From assembly GCA_002633005.1 (NCBI GenBank), contig NMRA01000015.1, positions 256,054-320,053 on the forward strand: DNA of 64,000 nt, in the 5' to 3' direction. The stretch comes from Phoronis australis. Its lineage: Eukaryota > Animalia > Phoronida. The notes beneath the pieces were generated by a model. The model made no database searches and was not told the origin of the DNA. It was given only the letters and a program-made list of their open reading frames with translations. Of this stretch, positions 12,248 to 24,927 are shown one piece after another. The position numbers were made by a program, and so were the translations under genes. The number at the start of each line of letters is the position of its first letter. The stretch's first letter is position 1.

Positions 12248-13836
12248 CAACATACAAGAACAAGAAGAAACCCATCAAGAATATTCTGAAGGAGATTATG
12301 ATTATTTCAAGAGAGCAAAACATGCTTTTTGTGCATAAGCATTTCCATTATTTTAGACATGATTAATATATTAATATGTTAATGACCAAACGATAGTTTC
12401 AAAATTGTAGAAACAACTTGATTGTTTAGACAAGTGATTTATTTTTTCAGTACCAGAAAACATTATGAGTGAAGTTTTCCTTGGTATAAAATCCTGCACT
12501 ATCATTTCCCTTGCTACTTAACCACAAAACTGGAGACATGCTTCTAAACCCATCAAAATGGACGTACAATTTCCTTGCCACGATATCAATGAACTCAACA
12601 TTCACTTGGAACAGAAACATTTCAGGTTTGTAGGGGATGACTAGTCCTCACAGTGACTTAGAGTTGTGGGGATGGCTGTAAATCATGGCTGTCATTCACA
12701 CAATAAGCCTTCTGAAATTGATATGCAAGGCCACTGAAAGTAGTTATTTGTGAACCCTGCTCTATGAAATAAAAACTGTCCCAGTTGGACTGTGCAACTA
12801 AACACAGCTTAACACTTATGAGCAAGTGAATGCTACATGTCTGTGACTGCCATTTTCATGTCAGTAATTTATTCATTTATACACTGATGTATTCGCCTGC
12901 TGGCTTGTAGAGTTGTATTCACTTGTTGCATGTGAGCAAAGTATTTGTCATTTGCTCAAGGTCTTTATAACCTGGTGTTTAGTTTACATTTTCAACTTCA
13001 TTGGCACAGTTTTACAGTGACAGTACAGCGATGTAGCCCAGTTGCTCACTTGGTAGCTGCCAGACTGAGATCAATACTTAATGATTAGCATGTCAACTCA
13101 CCAAATGTAACCTGTTAACATTTACAGGGTGAGATACTTTCAGGAAATTGCAGAACCTAGCAATTGTGCACTGCCCTAAATACTAAAACCTTTCAAGCTC
13201 TCTCAGGCAGAGGGCAGACACTGTATCTAAGTAGACACTCTTTGAACTAATTTGCGTGACACGGTTGGGAGATATCATGCGTGCTCTTCACTAAAGCTGT
13301 AATGCTGTGGCGAGGAACGTTACAAACTCCATAGGAGCAGATATGCCAAATTTCACAAAGATCCTCCAAAGAGTTAATGAGACATAGCAGTGGACGCAAA
13401 AACACAAAAATTGCCACAAGGGGTTGCCACAATAGTTGAACCTGTCCGAAAATCAGAGTCAACCAAAGTCTTCTCATCAGGAACACGTGCAAAATTTTCC
13501 TTACCACCTTTAGAGCAGTTTGGTGGACAAGACATCAAAAACGTACACATTTTTTTAATTGCCACCAGGTGGCACAGAATACAATTAATTTGGAAGGCAT
13601 CATCTATTTGCCAAATTTCATGCAAAGTCACCAAGGACCTCCAAAGATAGAGAGGCAAAGGGAAGATTAATTTTGTTTCTGAATCGGTCTGAAACTCGTT
13701 GTCTTCAGCTTTATAGGAAATCATCTGTCAAATCTCATTCATTTAGCAACCAACAAGGGGTTTAGGAGATAGAGCCATGGACGTTGGTTGCCACAATATG
13801 CACCAACATGTAAATACGGTAGGTGGGAGCATTAAA

Positions 13837-14150
13837 ATGGTTCCATGTGATCAGTGCAATGTGCCCACCTGAGTCGCCTGCACATGCCTGGTACAAGATG
13901 GTTCCATTCGATCAGAGCAATATGCCCACTTGAGTGGCCTGCACATGTCTCGTACAAGATGGTTCCATTTGATCAGTGCAATGTGCCCACCTGAACGGCC
14001 TGTACATGTCTGGTACAAGATGACTCTATGTGATCAGTGCAATATGCTCACCTGAGTGGCCTGCACACGTCTGGTAGAAGATGGTTCCATGTGATCAGTG
14101 CAATGTGCCCACCTGAGCGGCCTACACACGTCTGGTACAACTTGGCTCCA
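13837..14150. repeat. Minisatellite, 61-bp unit, about 5 copies
   Basis: Unit ATGGTTCCATGTGATCAGTGCAATGTGCCCACCTGAGTGGCCTGCACATGTCTGGTACAAG. Confidence 0.9.
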
Positions 14151-14240
14151 TGTTTTGGCCCCAAATCATCTTAAATGTACCAGACTCTCAAGGCACAATG
14201 TAGGATGACGCCTGCCACAAACTACAAAACCACAACTTAC

Positions 14241-14412
14241 ACGTATCTTCTCTGTCCTTCATTGTTGCCATATCGTTGTTGTCTGGATTCTGGCCACCAG
14301 ATGGCGCCAGGAGGCAGCACAGTGGGTTGACAGTCCATGTGTGCTCCCCCACGTTGACACGGAGATCGCCATCACTATAGACTTTAAGGACCTTGCCGAT
14401 TTTACCAAGAGC
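14241..14412 (-). CDS. MIB2: MIB2 coding exon 7 (end of second Mib/SH3_15 repeat and linker)
   Basis: AG|ALGKIGKVLKVYSDGDLRVNVGEHTWTVNPLCCLLAPSGGQNPDNNDMATMKDREDT|GTAAGT. Phase fits the previous exon. Confidence 0.88.
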
Positions 14413-15450
14413 CTATAATAACAGATACAAGAGTAGTACAAGAAGTATACACATATCAAAAATGAATGTGAATCTAAGCTTGTGTCACCAATACCCGAAG
14501 ATGACATATGGAGTGGTAAAATTATTCATAGTCCACATACATATTGCGTTTACCTAGTTCAATTTCCGTTGACATAACACCAATCCATCAAGGTTATTAG
14601 GTTGATAGGTAAAACCGTTTACCTAGTTCAATTTCCATTGCCCTAACCCCACTCCATCAAGGTGGTTCAATTTCCACCGTCAGAGTGCACCAATTCTTAT
14701 TACAATTAAAACATTGTATTTTCACATCTTTGTCAGGCTACAAAAGAAAATTTCTTCTGTAGCCTGACACAGGAACTCTTATATTTATATTAAGGACAAG
14801 TGTGCCAGTACAAATAAATCCATACTTCTAACTAAAAACACATCTTCAACTTCTTTGCTAATATGTCCAAAATTTATTGACATCCAAAAAGGTTATATAT
14901 AGTAACAGTGAGTGCTACACTGGCGGGTTAGAAATGCTGAAGTTTAAATTGCTGTGATAAAACAATAATGCCAAAAATAGAATCATGTACATCCAGACCA
15001 CAGCATAACTATCTTAGAAAACAAGAAAAATTAACTTATTTTAACAACTTTTTTGTGAGCGCCACAAAATTAAATCAAAATGTTAAACACAAATCACTGT
15101 GTGAAAGGATAACAGTGGCGGATCTACATTTTCAGTAAGGGGGTTTAGAATTTGCGCCAATCCGAGGCACGTACCGTCAAGCTGGGGGAGGTCAGGAGGT
15201 TTCCCCCCTGCTGTGTAAAATTTTTAGCTTTTGTATCTGATGTCGGTTTTATGAAAATGTTTTTTTCTAATTTTTATTTTTTATCCTGGCCAAAGGACGG
15301 AGTTTAAACCCCCTGAACCACCCGTAGATCCAAGGTTCCAAGGTAACAGCAGTATTAACTAAACAGTGCTCCACATACAAGTCTGTTCATTATTGGCACA
15401 ACTTAGACACATAATCGCCTTTACCGTCACAAATATGGAGATATGCTTAC

Positions 15451-15555
15451 CGCCACCATATTGTCTGTCCATTCGCCATGACCAGCCTGCAGTTGTCTCA
15501 TCTTTTCAGCATTATTTATGATCTGTACAACGTTGCCCACATTGAACTGTATTAT
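15451..15555 (-). CDS. MIB2: MIB2 coding exon 6
   Basis: CAG|IIQFNVGNVVQIINNAEKMRQLQAGHGEWTDNMVA|GTAAGC. Mib-repeat QxGHGxW motif, phase 0/0. Confidence 0.9.
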
Positions 15556-16690
15556 CTGGAAACGTGGAAAAAAGAAAAATTGGCTGAATTGTAACGTGAA
15601 GTGACGACAAGACTTAACCACAGTGTTTGGTCTGAGGGACAAACCAATGAAAGTTTGATACTTAGGAGACAGTGTACATATTCTATACTCCTCTTGGATC
15701 ACACCTAAATTTAGTTAAACATGATAATTAGGAGTATACACATTTTATATTCCTCTTTGACCACACCTAAGTCTGATTAAAGACACACTCTGATGTTTCA
15801 AAATATTCCCTTTTCTCACATGACCAGGAATGTGTTATGACAAGACTGATTAATAACACCTAGTACCTAATTTTTTGATATATCAAGGGCAAATCACAAA
15901 GTAGTGCAAAGTAGAAATCCGTATGCCTTACATTTTGTCGTCTGCAAAACAATAAAACAACCAAACGTCCCAACCAAACAATGCCGGAATTCCAAGACAA
16001 ATGGAGTGTCGCAACTGTATGTACAACCAGTCAGAAGGACATGCAAACAACTTCTTATTTAAACAGACCCATCTTCGGCGATGAATTACATTATCCACAT
16101 TCATTCAAACGGAGATGAGCCCCAACTTGACAAACCCAGCGACACTGTCAAGCTGTGCTGTCTAAGGTTATTTATCAACATTTTTTAAGTTTTAATATTA
16201 CTTCAAAGATACTTACTACAATATTTCTATGAAAGCAGAATGCAATTTACAATAATATTGTTAGGCTATTAACAAAAAAGTAATTGAATTACTTTACATT
16301 GCGCAAGCATGTTTTTACAAAAGTTGCGCCATGAGGTTGAAAGTTTAAGATGCATCAAAAGATTGTTTTTTCAGTTCATTTGAGAAAACTAATCCTACAC
16401 TCATCTCAGATTTATGACATGGGCAAAGCTTCTTGGAAATTTTTGTCTAAATCCCGAGGCTTGCCAAAGGATTTTGACAAAATTTCCAAAAGGTTTTGCC
16501 CATGTCATAAACCTGAGACAAATGTAGGTTTCTCTATTTATTAAAGCACCAACTGCTGTATTATATGCCAACCCTACATCTGTGACCCCACATCTGTGGC
16601 TTTCACCCATATCTTTCAAATTATGCATTTGGGTCAACCCAAAATTTCAATCACTAAAACTCGCAATATTTTCACACCTGTTACAAAGTA

Positions 16691-17982
16691 AACAAGAGCA
16701 ACGCAGAGCGTTGAAATGCACCCACAACTGCACCGTATACGGTATACTTCTAGGGTTGTTTATTGGTACCATAAAGTGGCCAGTAGAGGGCATATATGTA
16801 GTATGTTGTACTTTGCAAAATGGAAAGGCATGGTCATTGTCTCCTCAATAGGCTAGGGGCAAAATGTGAGTGACCCTCATAATACAAGCACATCCTATAC
16901 ATCAGTTGCTTAAAGCACCACAAAAACATAGAATTAAAAACAAATTTACCACCATAAATTTAGTAAAGATCCTGCAAACGGTTTGAGAGATACAGCCATG
17001 GGCGCAAAAAAAACTGCCACTAGGAGGTGCCACAGTAATCAAAGTCATGGGAAATTCAGCTTCAACCGTCCTCTTCATAGTAAGAACATACATGCCCAAT
17101 TTTCACAATCATACTTAGAGCAGTTTGGTTGATAGAGGGGTGGACGCCAAAAAACAGACTCAAAAACAGTAAAAATGGCTGCTGCCTGTCGCAAACTAGG
17201 TCGAATCCATCCGAAAATGGCAGGATAGCATCATCGCACTAATAGGTGCCTACATACCAAATTTCATGAAAATCCGTTAAGGACTTTTGAAGATACAAAG
17301 GTAAACGTAAAAAAATAAAATTGCCACTAGGGGGCACACTGGTAGTCGGATCCGTCCAAAAGTCGTCATCGTCTGTTGTTAACATCATATCAATACACTT
17401 ATTAAATTTCGTAAAGATCCTGCGAACGGTTTAGGAGATACAGCCATAGGCGCAAAAAAAACAAAACTGCCACTAGGAGGCGTCACAGTAGTCGAAATCG
17501 TCGGAAAATCATCGTCACCAGTCCTCTACATAGTAAGCATATACATGCTAATTTTCACAATCATCCTTTGAGCAGTTTGGTTGATAGAGGGGTGGACGCA
17601 AAAATACAGACTCGAAAACAGTAAAAATGGCCACTAGGTGGCGCAAACTATGTCGAATCTATCTGAAAACGGGGCGATAGCGTCATCTCACTAATAGGTG
17701 CCTACATACCAAATTTCATGAAAATCCATTCAGGACTTTTGAAGATACAAAGGTAATCGTAAAAAACTAAAATTGCCACTAGGGGGCACACCGGTAGTCG
17801 GATCCGTCCGAAAGTTCGCATATGCTGTCCCATTCATGAATGGAACATATGTGCCAAATTTCATGAACGTATCTCAAAGGGTTTTGGAGATAGAGCAGTG
17901 GACGCCGGACGGACGGCGCTCGTACGGACGGACGGAGATGACGGCATAATGCGTCCACATATAAATATGTGGGCGCATAAAA
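16691..17982 (-). mobile_element. Helentron-associated non-autonomous element (HINE/DINE-1-like) with internal ~150-bp tandem repeats
   Basis: On the minus strand: 5' TTTT-ATGCGCCCAC subTIR with a partial inverted repeat, (GTCC)n microsatellite, internal repeats, 3' subTIR GTGGGTGCAT, stem-loop CAACGC-TCT-GCGTTG, then CTCTTGTT. Confidence 0.8.
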
Positions 17983-18199
17983 ATGCCTATGTTCAGCCAA
18001 AGGTTTCTTTCTCATATGGTAAGAGCTTCACTGTGTACCGGACATTTCTAGTCACACCTCTTATTTGACACTACTTCATGCCTACTTTGGAAAGGGGTCC
18101 ACCGTGCAAAGTACATTATTCGGTACAGACTATGAACCCTTTCCTTCATACCCTGTCTCCTAATGTTGCTTTCTCTGTCTATCCTTCACTCATACCTAC

Positions 18200-18310
18200 C
18201 TTGGTGAGAGCGCCACTGTGAAATGTCCAACGGTTAGCACAGCCCTCGTATGCCACACGGATGTCGCCGCGCTCCGTGATACGATGAACTGTGCCCAACT
18301 TTCCAATAAA
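18200..18310 (-). CDS. MIB2: MIB2 coding exon 5
   Basis: TAG|FIGKLGTVHRITERGDIRVAYEGCANRWTFHSGALTK|GTAGGT. 111 bp, phase 0/0, typical Mib-repeat sequence. Confidence 0.92.
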
Positions 18311-19845
18311 CTAAAGGGGGAGACAATGCAATCTAAAATATTGACACAACAACACGAAATCGTAAAATTTAAATGACTAATTAAATACTACAAGCTAGCT
18401 TTCCAAACACGGATGACATTGTGTTGAATGTATTGAATGGCTGACAATTACTTTTCAACTCTCAAGACCATGTTTAGAGTCATTACAGTAGTAGTTAGCT
18501 AAAGGAACACAGTTGGAACCTTGGTACAGCATGCAGACAACACAAATTTATGTCCAACCGGCAGGGGACTGTACTGCCGGCTCATAAGCTGACTCTTACT
18601 GCCGACCTTGGCAGCCCACCGACACAACAGCCGACCCAATTTTATGGTGGTCAGCTGCTATCTTTAGGTTAAAGTTCTGTTATGTAACAGGCAATCAGGT
18701 TATTGTTATGGTACTATATGTGCATAAATCTCTGAAAAAGTGCTCATGATGATGGGAGCTGAAACAGCAATAGGCGTTTTTTCTTGAAAAATAAGAGACA
18801 GCTGGCGATGTTAATAGAATTTTGGGTTGGTAGAAGACACTCAATTTGTTGTTGAATGACACCATGAAGCTATGACACCAAAAATAAATCATGCTTGTAT
18901 GCGTAACCCCCCTACAGTGTTTCGCATTCTCCAGTTAATATGCAAGATTCAGTATTCCACCATGTTCCTAAAATCGCAGAATAATTCTACTGTGCTCAGC
19001 TTCCATTTCCAAAACAGCACCCAATCCAAAGAAAGCACCCAGCATGAGAACGCTGTATCAGAAATCCTTAGCATATGCAGCCCTCTACGACCATGGGGTT
19101 ACCTATTTTGTATGTCCACAAACATGCAGTGAACAGTGCGTACAAGAAGTTTTTGCCTTCCAACAAGAATACAGTGAATACAATGTAAAATCCAGTCTTG
19201 AGGGAAGTTTAAAAGCTAACGAGTTTGGTTGATGCATTCAGTGCCTACATTGTACATGACATTGAGAACAGAAACCATATCAGCGTAAAGAAAAGTTTAA
19301 CAATTTTACAGAGTTGTGAGGTCAGAGCCCTACATAAATAAATCTGAGGTGAACTACAAAGCATGCCTTGAAACTGAGAATTACAAAGTTTACAACATCG
19401 CAGACAATTTGAATTGTAGTAATGGTGGATTAAACAGAACCAACCGACAATAGTACACAGTACGTGTACAATAGAGCCATGTACATATATTTACGGCACT
19501 GCGCTGAGTACAAACATTTCTGGACACAGTATTTTAGGCATTCACTTTTATGATCTTTGGAAGCAACATAAACTAAAACCCTTGGGCTAAGTAACAATGA
19601 ATTGTCCAGATTCTGCACTTGAAAACTGCTCTTCTCAGAAATATTCCTTCCACATATGTTTGTAATGGCATGTAAATAAACAACTTTTATATATCCTGAA
19701 TAGTACATCTATCTACATGAAACACACTCACTGTATGGCCAGAATGGCAACTCGATCTTGTTACTGTATTCAAAAAGCAAAAAATTAGAGCAGAAACCAC
19801 ATTTCCTGTACTTTCTGTAAGCCTAATGACAAACACTCCACTAAC

Positions 19846-20189
19846 CTCTGCCATCTTGGGGTTCCAACCTCCGTGTCCCTCTTGCATGATCTTTAAGATA
19901 TCCGTGTCGAGGTCAACACGCACCTTGTCCCCTACCTTGAAGTGGGAGGTCGTGATTCCCGAACCCGACGTCCCAGCAGGGTCAGATGGCTCGCCGAGCA
20001 CCGGCAGGTGGTCACGATAATAATACGGGCCAGGAGCGTCCTGCAAGTACTTGAGATCCATCTTCCCCTTGTGACCCAGACGATAGACATTCTTGGCACC
20101 ACTGTTCCACATGACGTTGACCACGCTGCGGCCGGACTCGTTGTCCCAGCCGCGAATGTCCACTGCCGTGCCTACTTTTCCTTCACCCC
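19846..20189 (-). CDS. MIB2: MIB2 coding exon 4 (second Mib_herc2 domain and start of Mib repeat)
   Basis: GGEGKVGTAVDIRGWDNESGRSVVNVMWNSGAKNVYRLGHKGKMDLKY...YYRDHLPVLG...QEGHGGWNPKMAE, with AG/GT boundaries. Confidence 0.95.
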
Positions 20190-21283
20190 CTGCCAAGAAA
20201 AAACAATACAATTAAATTGTTTTCTTTCACATATTACCCAGAACAAGCAATACCACATGTACTGTCAATCTAGGGTAAAACAAACTTCCCCAGACCCTCC
20301 TAAAACTGACGCTGGAATCAAGCAACTTGTATACAGTAAAGCTGAATTGGGATTTGGGAATGAAACATTTAGAGTGAAAAGGTTATTGACCAGGCACAAT
20401 GTAGTGCTGTAAATCAACAAAGTAAAATTGACAGTCGGGCGAAATCAAACATTTTATTGGCACTATTCATACTTTGTGATATCACATTTTGCTGCCAAAG
20501 CTGTCATTTTGATAACATCAATATATTCAAAGCAGTTGAGACATGAATTTTTACTCCAGTATTCAAGTATGTTACTGTGTTTTCTCTAATAGATTGTACA
20601 TAGCCCTTGAAACATGGCATTTGTCTCTAATACTTCATACAGTAGGAGTCCAAGGGAAAAATAATTCATGAACATATTTGTGTCACAAAAAATAATTCAA
20701 ACATGCTTTTTGAATGGGTAAAATGGAAATATATATTCTTATAAAAGAACACAAATCAATAAGTGCCAATTCTATTCGTGTAATCGGAACCGTGGTTTGC
20801 TATACAATGCTAGTATAGAGCTCGAAAAGACATTCTTCAGATCGCCAATTTTTGCAACAGCAAATGCGGAAATAGCAACAAGATTTTCCTGTAGAATAAG
20901 TTGGTCATTGGTCTCTAGAGGCATTGCAGTAGAAGATAATCACTTACTTAGAGACGGTTCAGGTTAGACGCAGAGGTTTCGGCCTGGTCCGCAGGGATTT
21001 TATCGATGAGTGATGGGTTTCACGCCTATCGCTGATTAAGTATGTTCGAATACATGGGAGGTAAGTGTAGACCTCGATCCAGGTTCAAGAGAGGGCGCTG
21101 AGTGCTGATATTTATGGATTCTTTTAACTTGCGAACATACCAATTCTGTTTTTGGCTAATATCTTAGTTGATTCAAAGGAGATGGAATGTCCAGTCGCCA
21201 ATATTTGTTCCCCCACAGCTGTGGGACCAGGCCGAAACGGACATCATTTTCACAGGCGTGAGAATGATAGTCCCCCTTACACA

Positions 21284-21615
21284 TGGCAACATGCCAACAG
21301 TATCATACACTGGTAACATGCCAACAGTATAATACACTGGTAACATGCCAACAGTATCATACACTGGTAACATGCCAACAGTATCATACACTGGTAACAT
21401 GCCAACAGTATCATACACAGGTAACATGCCAACAGTATCATACACTGGTAACTTGCCCACAGTATCAGACACTGGTAACATGCCAATATTATCATACACT
21501 GGTAACATGCCAACAGTATCATACCCTGGTAACATGCCAACAGTATCATACCCTGGTAACATGCCAACAGTATCATACCCTGGTAACATGCCAACAGTAT
21601 CATACACTGGTAACA
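21284..21615. repeat. Minisatellite, 27-bp unit TGGTAACATGCCAACAGTATCATACAC, about 12 copies
   Basis: Tandem array. It explains the repetitive ORFs at 21173-21645. Confidence 0.95.
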
Positions 21616-22165
21616 GTTCAACTTAAAGTTTCAAAACAACTTTAGTCACCAGATTTCGAAGACCAAACTTGTGAAGAAAACAAAATCAATGAAATGACGT
21701 AATATTTGAAAGACAATGGAGCGAGCCGGTGGACAATTGACTGAACAGCACAGCTGACAACAACATCAGCCAGCTATTGTGTGGGCGAGCAGTGATGAAA
21801 CCTATAACAGGATATATGTGTCATTATTGACAACCTTTATTCCACTCCATTCATATCCTCGGAACAAAAGTCGACATTCACCAGAAAATTGGTAAAGCAA
21901 CTGATCAAGAGACATGATTGGAAGACAAACGATATTTCGAAACATACTCATCTATTCTCATGTATGTTTACCCATGATGAATGTTGAACTTTGTTCGGAG
22001 GATGGGAACTGAATGGAAAAGATTGAAGATTGTGAATAACGACAAGAGTCGTATCTTCAACTTTTGCGCAACGGAAAACATGGTACCCAGGAACAGCAAC
22101 ACACACACGCACATTAATTACATATAATATACATATTAATTAGCCAAACATCTGCTGCCACCTAC

Positions 22166-22272
22166 CGTCCTGATTTCCCCAATCCCAGTCCGTACCGCGG
22201 ACCACCTTGGCACCGGGGAATATACCTCTGGCTTGCACTTTGGGTGACCCCGCTCTCTTCCCAACTTTCATC
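22166..22272 (-). CDS. MIB2: MIB2 coding exon 3
   Basis: CAG|g [35 protein letters not shown] g|GTAGG. Start of the second Mib_herc2 domain; phases fit. Confidence 0.93.
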
Positions 22273-22858
22273 CTGAGTGGAATAGAGAACATTCTTTTGA
22301 TACACAAGAACGTATAAAACCAACACAATAAAACTGCATGGACATTATAATTCTTTTCTTAGATAACGGATGTCATTCTTATGATTTATTATTATTATTA
22401 TTATTATTATTGTTATCATTATCATCATTATATAGTTCTTCTCTTCTTTAAAACATATGTTAAGAGCAAACAATATCAGTCACATCCAACACACCAATTT
22501 GACCTTTCCAGCCTATTGGGAGTCTTTTGAGCGCAAGTAACAGGTGAATGGGCATGTTGGTGCCAGGATTAAAATAGTAAGTGAATGGGCATATTGGGGT
22601 CAGGAATTGGCAAACCAGCTAATGACACTGGATTTGCACTTTAAATCCGATTTTAAAAATTAATATGAAATTTTGAAAATCAATATGAAATTTTAAAAAT
22701 CAAGTTAAGTGGGAATACGAATTATTATTCAATGTAAGTTAGTTACAATGTCTGATTAAAAATGCAGAGCTGCTAATATATTGCTTACTGCTGGCGTGGC
22801 TACGACCAACAGGGGGCCTAACAGAACAGGTCACAACTCAACTATCATTGGTACTCAC

Positions 22859-23030
22859 CCAGGGGAGGAGGGTGTTGCGTATCGCATAAAGGCGTGAGAG
22901 GAGTCGTGCTTGTCGTTGAAGTAACACTCAGTGCACAGGTCAAAGTCATGGCATTTGACACACTTCCAGCGCATTCCCAGCACCCCCTGCACCTTGCAGT
23001 TATCACAGACGATGTTGTGATGCTTCACGC
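22859..23030 (-). CDS. MIB2: MIB2 coding exon 2 (ZZ zinc finger)
   Basis: GVKHHNIVCDNCKVQGVLGMRWKCVKCHDFDLCTECYFNDKHDSSHAFMRY, with TAG| and |GTGAGT boundaries. Confidence 0.95.
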
Positions 23031-24119
23031 CTACAATCAACAAACCGTAAAAATTATCTGGTATTTCCATTTTTCAAGCTTTGACAAAGCAATCTTGTTA
23101 CAACCTACATCAAGGGACTTTCGAAATTTTTACCTTGTAACGATAGTTCATTATAACCAGAGCAGATTTTTTTAGAACATTTGTGTCTTGAATGACTCCA
23201 GTCATAAAGCCTTAATGCTATATTTTGAGAATGCTCTTTCTTGCAGTTTTATGCCGTGTTTCACCTCCTGCTGTAGGCCTTGACGTTGTGTGTTCAATGC
23301 AACTGTCATTTGGCTTTTTTGGCGTTTTCAGAGACTAATAAAGAAAATCTCCAAGGCAGAAGTCTGTATAAAAGTTTAAGATCTGAATCATCAGTCGCCA
23401 CTCGATTGGCGATAGGATCAAACAGTACTCATTACCATTTCATCTATGGCCAATCTCTCTTGTATAATTTCTGACTTTTGATTCAGACTATGTTGTTTTA
23501 TTTACTTGACATACTGACCCAGTAAGTGTCTTTTGAAACCAAATATTTTGGCAGTGCCACTCATAGCCTTACACACAGCATGATACAGTTAGTTTATAGG
23601 TCACGCACATTGTTCAGTCCGGGTCACATGTTCATTAAAAACAAGGCTGAATGTTGAATGCTTTAGGTTTAATGTGCAACTTGCACAATAATTCTTGATC
23701 TCTGTGATTGCTTGGTCAACTCAGAAACACAACATAGAGTGACGATGTGAATAGCAGGCAGGTAGAAAATTGTCAAATGTTTTTAAGAACGAGTTTTATG
23801 TCAAAAATGATCAGACACAAATCACTGAACCGTGTCTAGTAATTATCGTTACGTGATGAGGAATAACACTGCATGATGCAGGCTATGTGAGCGCTCAAGG
23901 TACATCATTAGTGCAAAGGTCACCTATTTGCAGAATTTTTTTCACATTTACAAGTTGTCAACAAATACAACAGTACTGCACTTTGTTTAGCATACATGAT
24001 GTTCAACTAGTATTGCCGTTTCGTTGCTGCTATACATTAGCATAGTTAGGAGCATGCAAATACATCTTTAAGGCTGCAAATTATGAGAACACCGGATGCC
24101 ATAACTGACTTTACTATAA

Positions 24120-24830
24120 TAGCATTGGTATTAGACAATGATGTATGTTAAGTACTGATACTAGACAAGGATATTTGTTGTTAAATATTGGTACTAGACA
24201 ATGATGTATGTCAAGTATGGGTAGTAGACAATGATGTATGTCAAGTATGGGTAGTAGACAATGATGTATGTCAAGTATGGGTAGTAGACAAGGATGTATG
24301 TCAAGTATTGGTACTAGACAATGATGTATGTCAAGTATGGGTACTAGACAATGATGTATGTCAAGTATGGGTACTAGACAATGATGTATGTCAAGTATTG
24401 GTACTAGACAAGGATGTATGTCAAGTATTGGTACCACACAAGGATGTATGTTAAGTATTGGTACCAGACAATGATGTATGTCAACTAGTGGTACTAGACA
24501 AAGATGTATGTCAAGTATTGGTACTAGACAATGATGTATGTCAAGTATTGGTACCACACAAGGATGTATGTTAAGTATTGGTACCTGACAATGATGTATG
24601 TCAAGTATTGGTACCACACAAGGATGTATGTTAAGTATTGGTACCAGACAATGATGTATGTCACCTATTGATACTAGACAAGAATGTATGTTAAGTACTG
24701 GTACCAGACAATAATGTATGTCGCCTATTGGTACTAGACAAGGATGTATGTCAAGTATTGGTACTAGACAAGGATGTATGTTAAGTATTGATACTGGACA
24801 AGGATGTAAAATGTTAATTATTGGTACTAG
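24120..24830. repeat. Minisatellite, 30-bp unit GTACTAGACAATGATGTATGTCAAGTATTG, about 23 copies
   Basis: Tandem array. It explains ORFs 24114-24617, 24188-24454 and 24718-24900. Confidence 0.95.
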
Positions 24831-24927
24831 TTATTTTGCATTTGAAAAAACTCGTAGATGTAACCATTCTAATAATAACCAATTGTATTTTTCAAGTTGA
24901 AATGTCACTGATGTGAAGGTATTGCTA

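Noticed and set aside
20960-21245. Hammerhead ribozyme suggested by GGCCGAAAC
   Set aside because: No CTGANGA core at the required position on either strand.
21815-22045. Degenerate palindrome (similar one at ~2340-2715)
   Set aside because: Probably old palindromic non-autonomous elements, but the ends and TSD could not be defined.
21173-24900. Repetitive ORFs (YDTVGMLPV, VPILDIHHCL etc.) as proteins, or the arrays as CRISPR
   Set aside because: They are translations of 27- and 30-bp minisatellites open in several frames. There are no unique spacers and no cas genes, and the context is eukaryotic introns.
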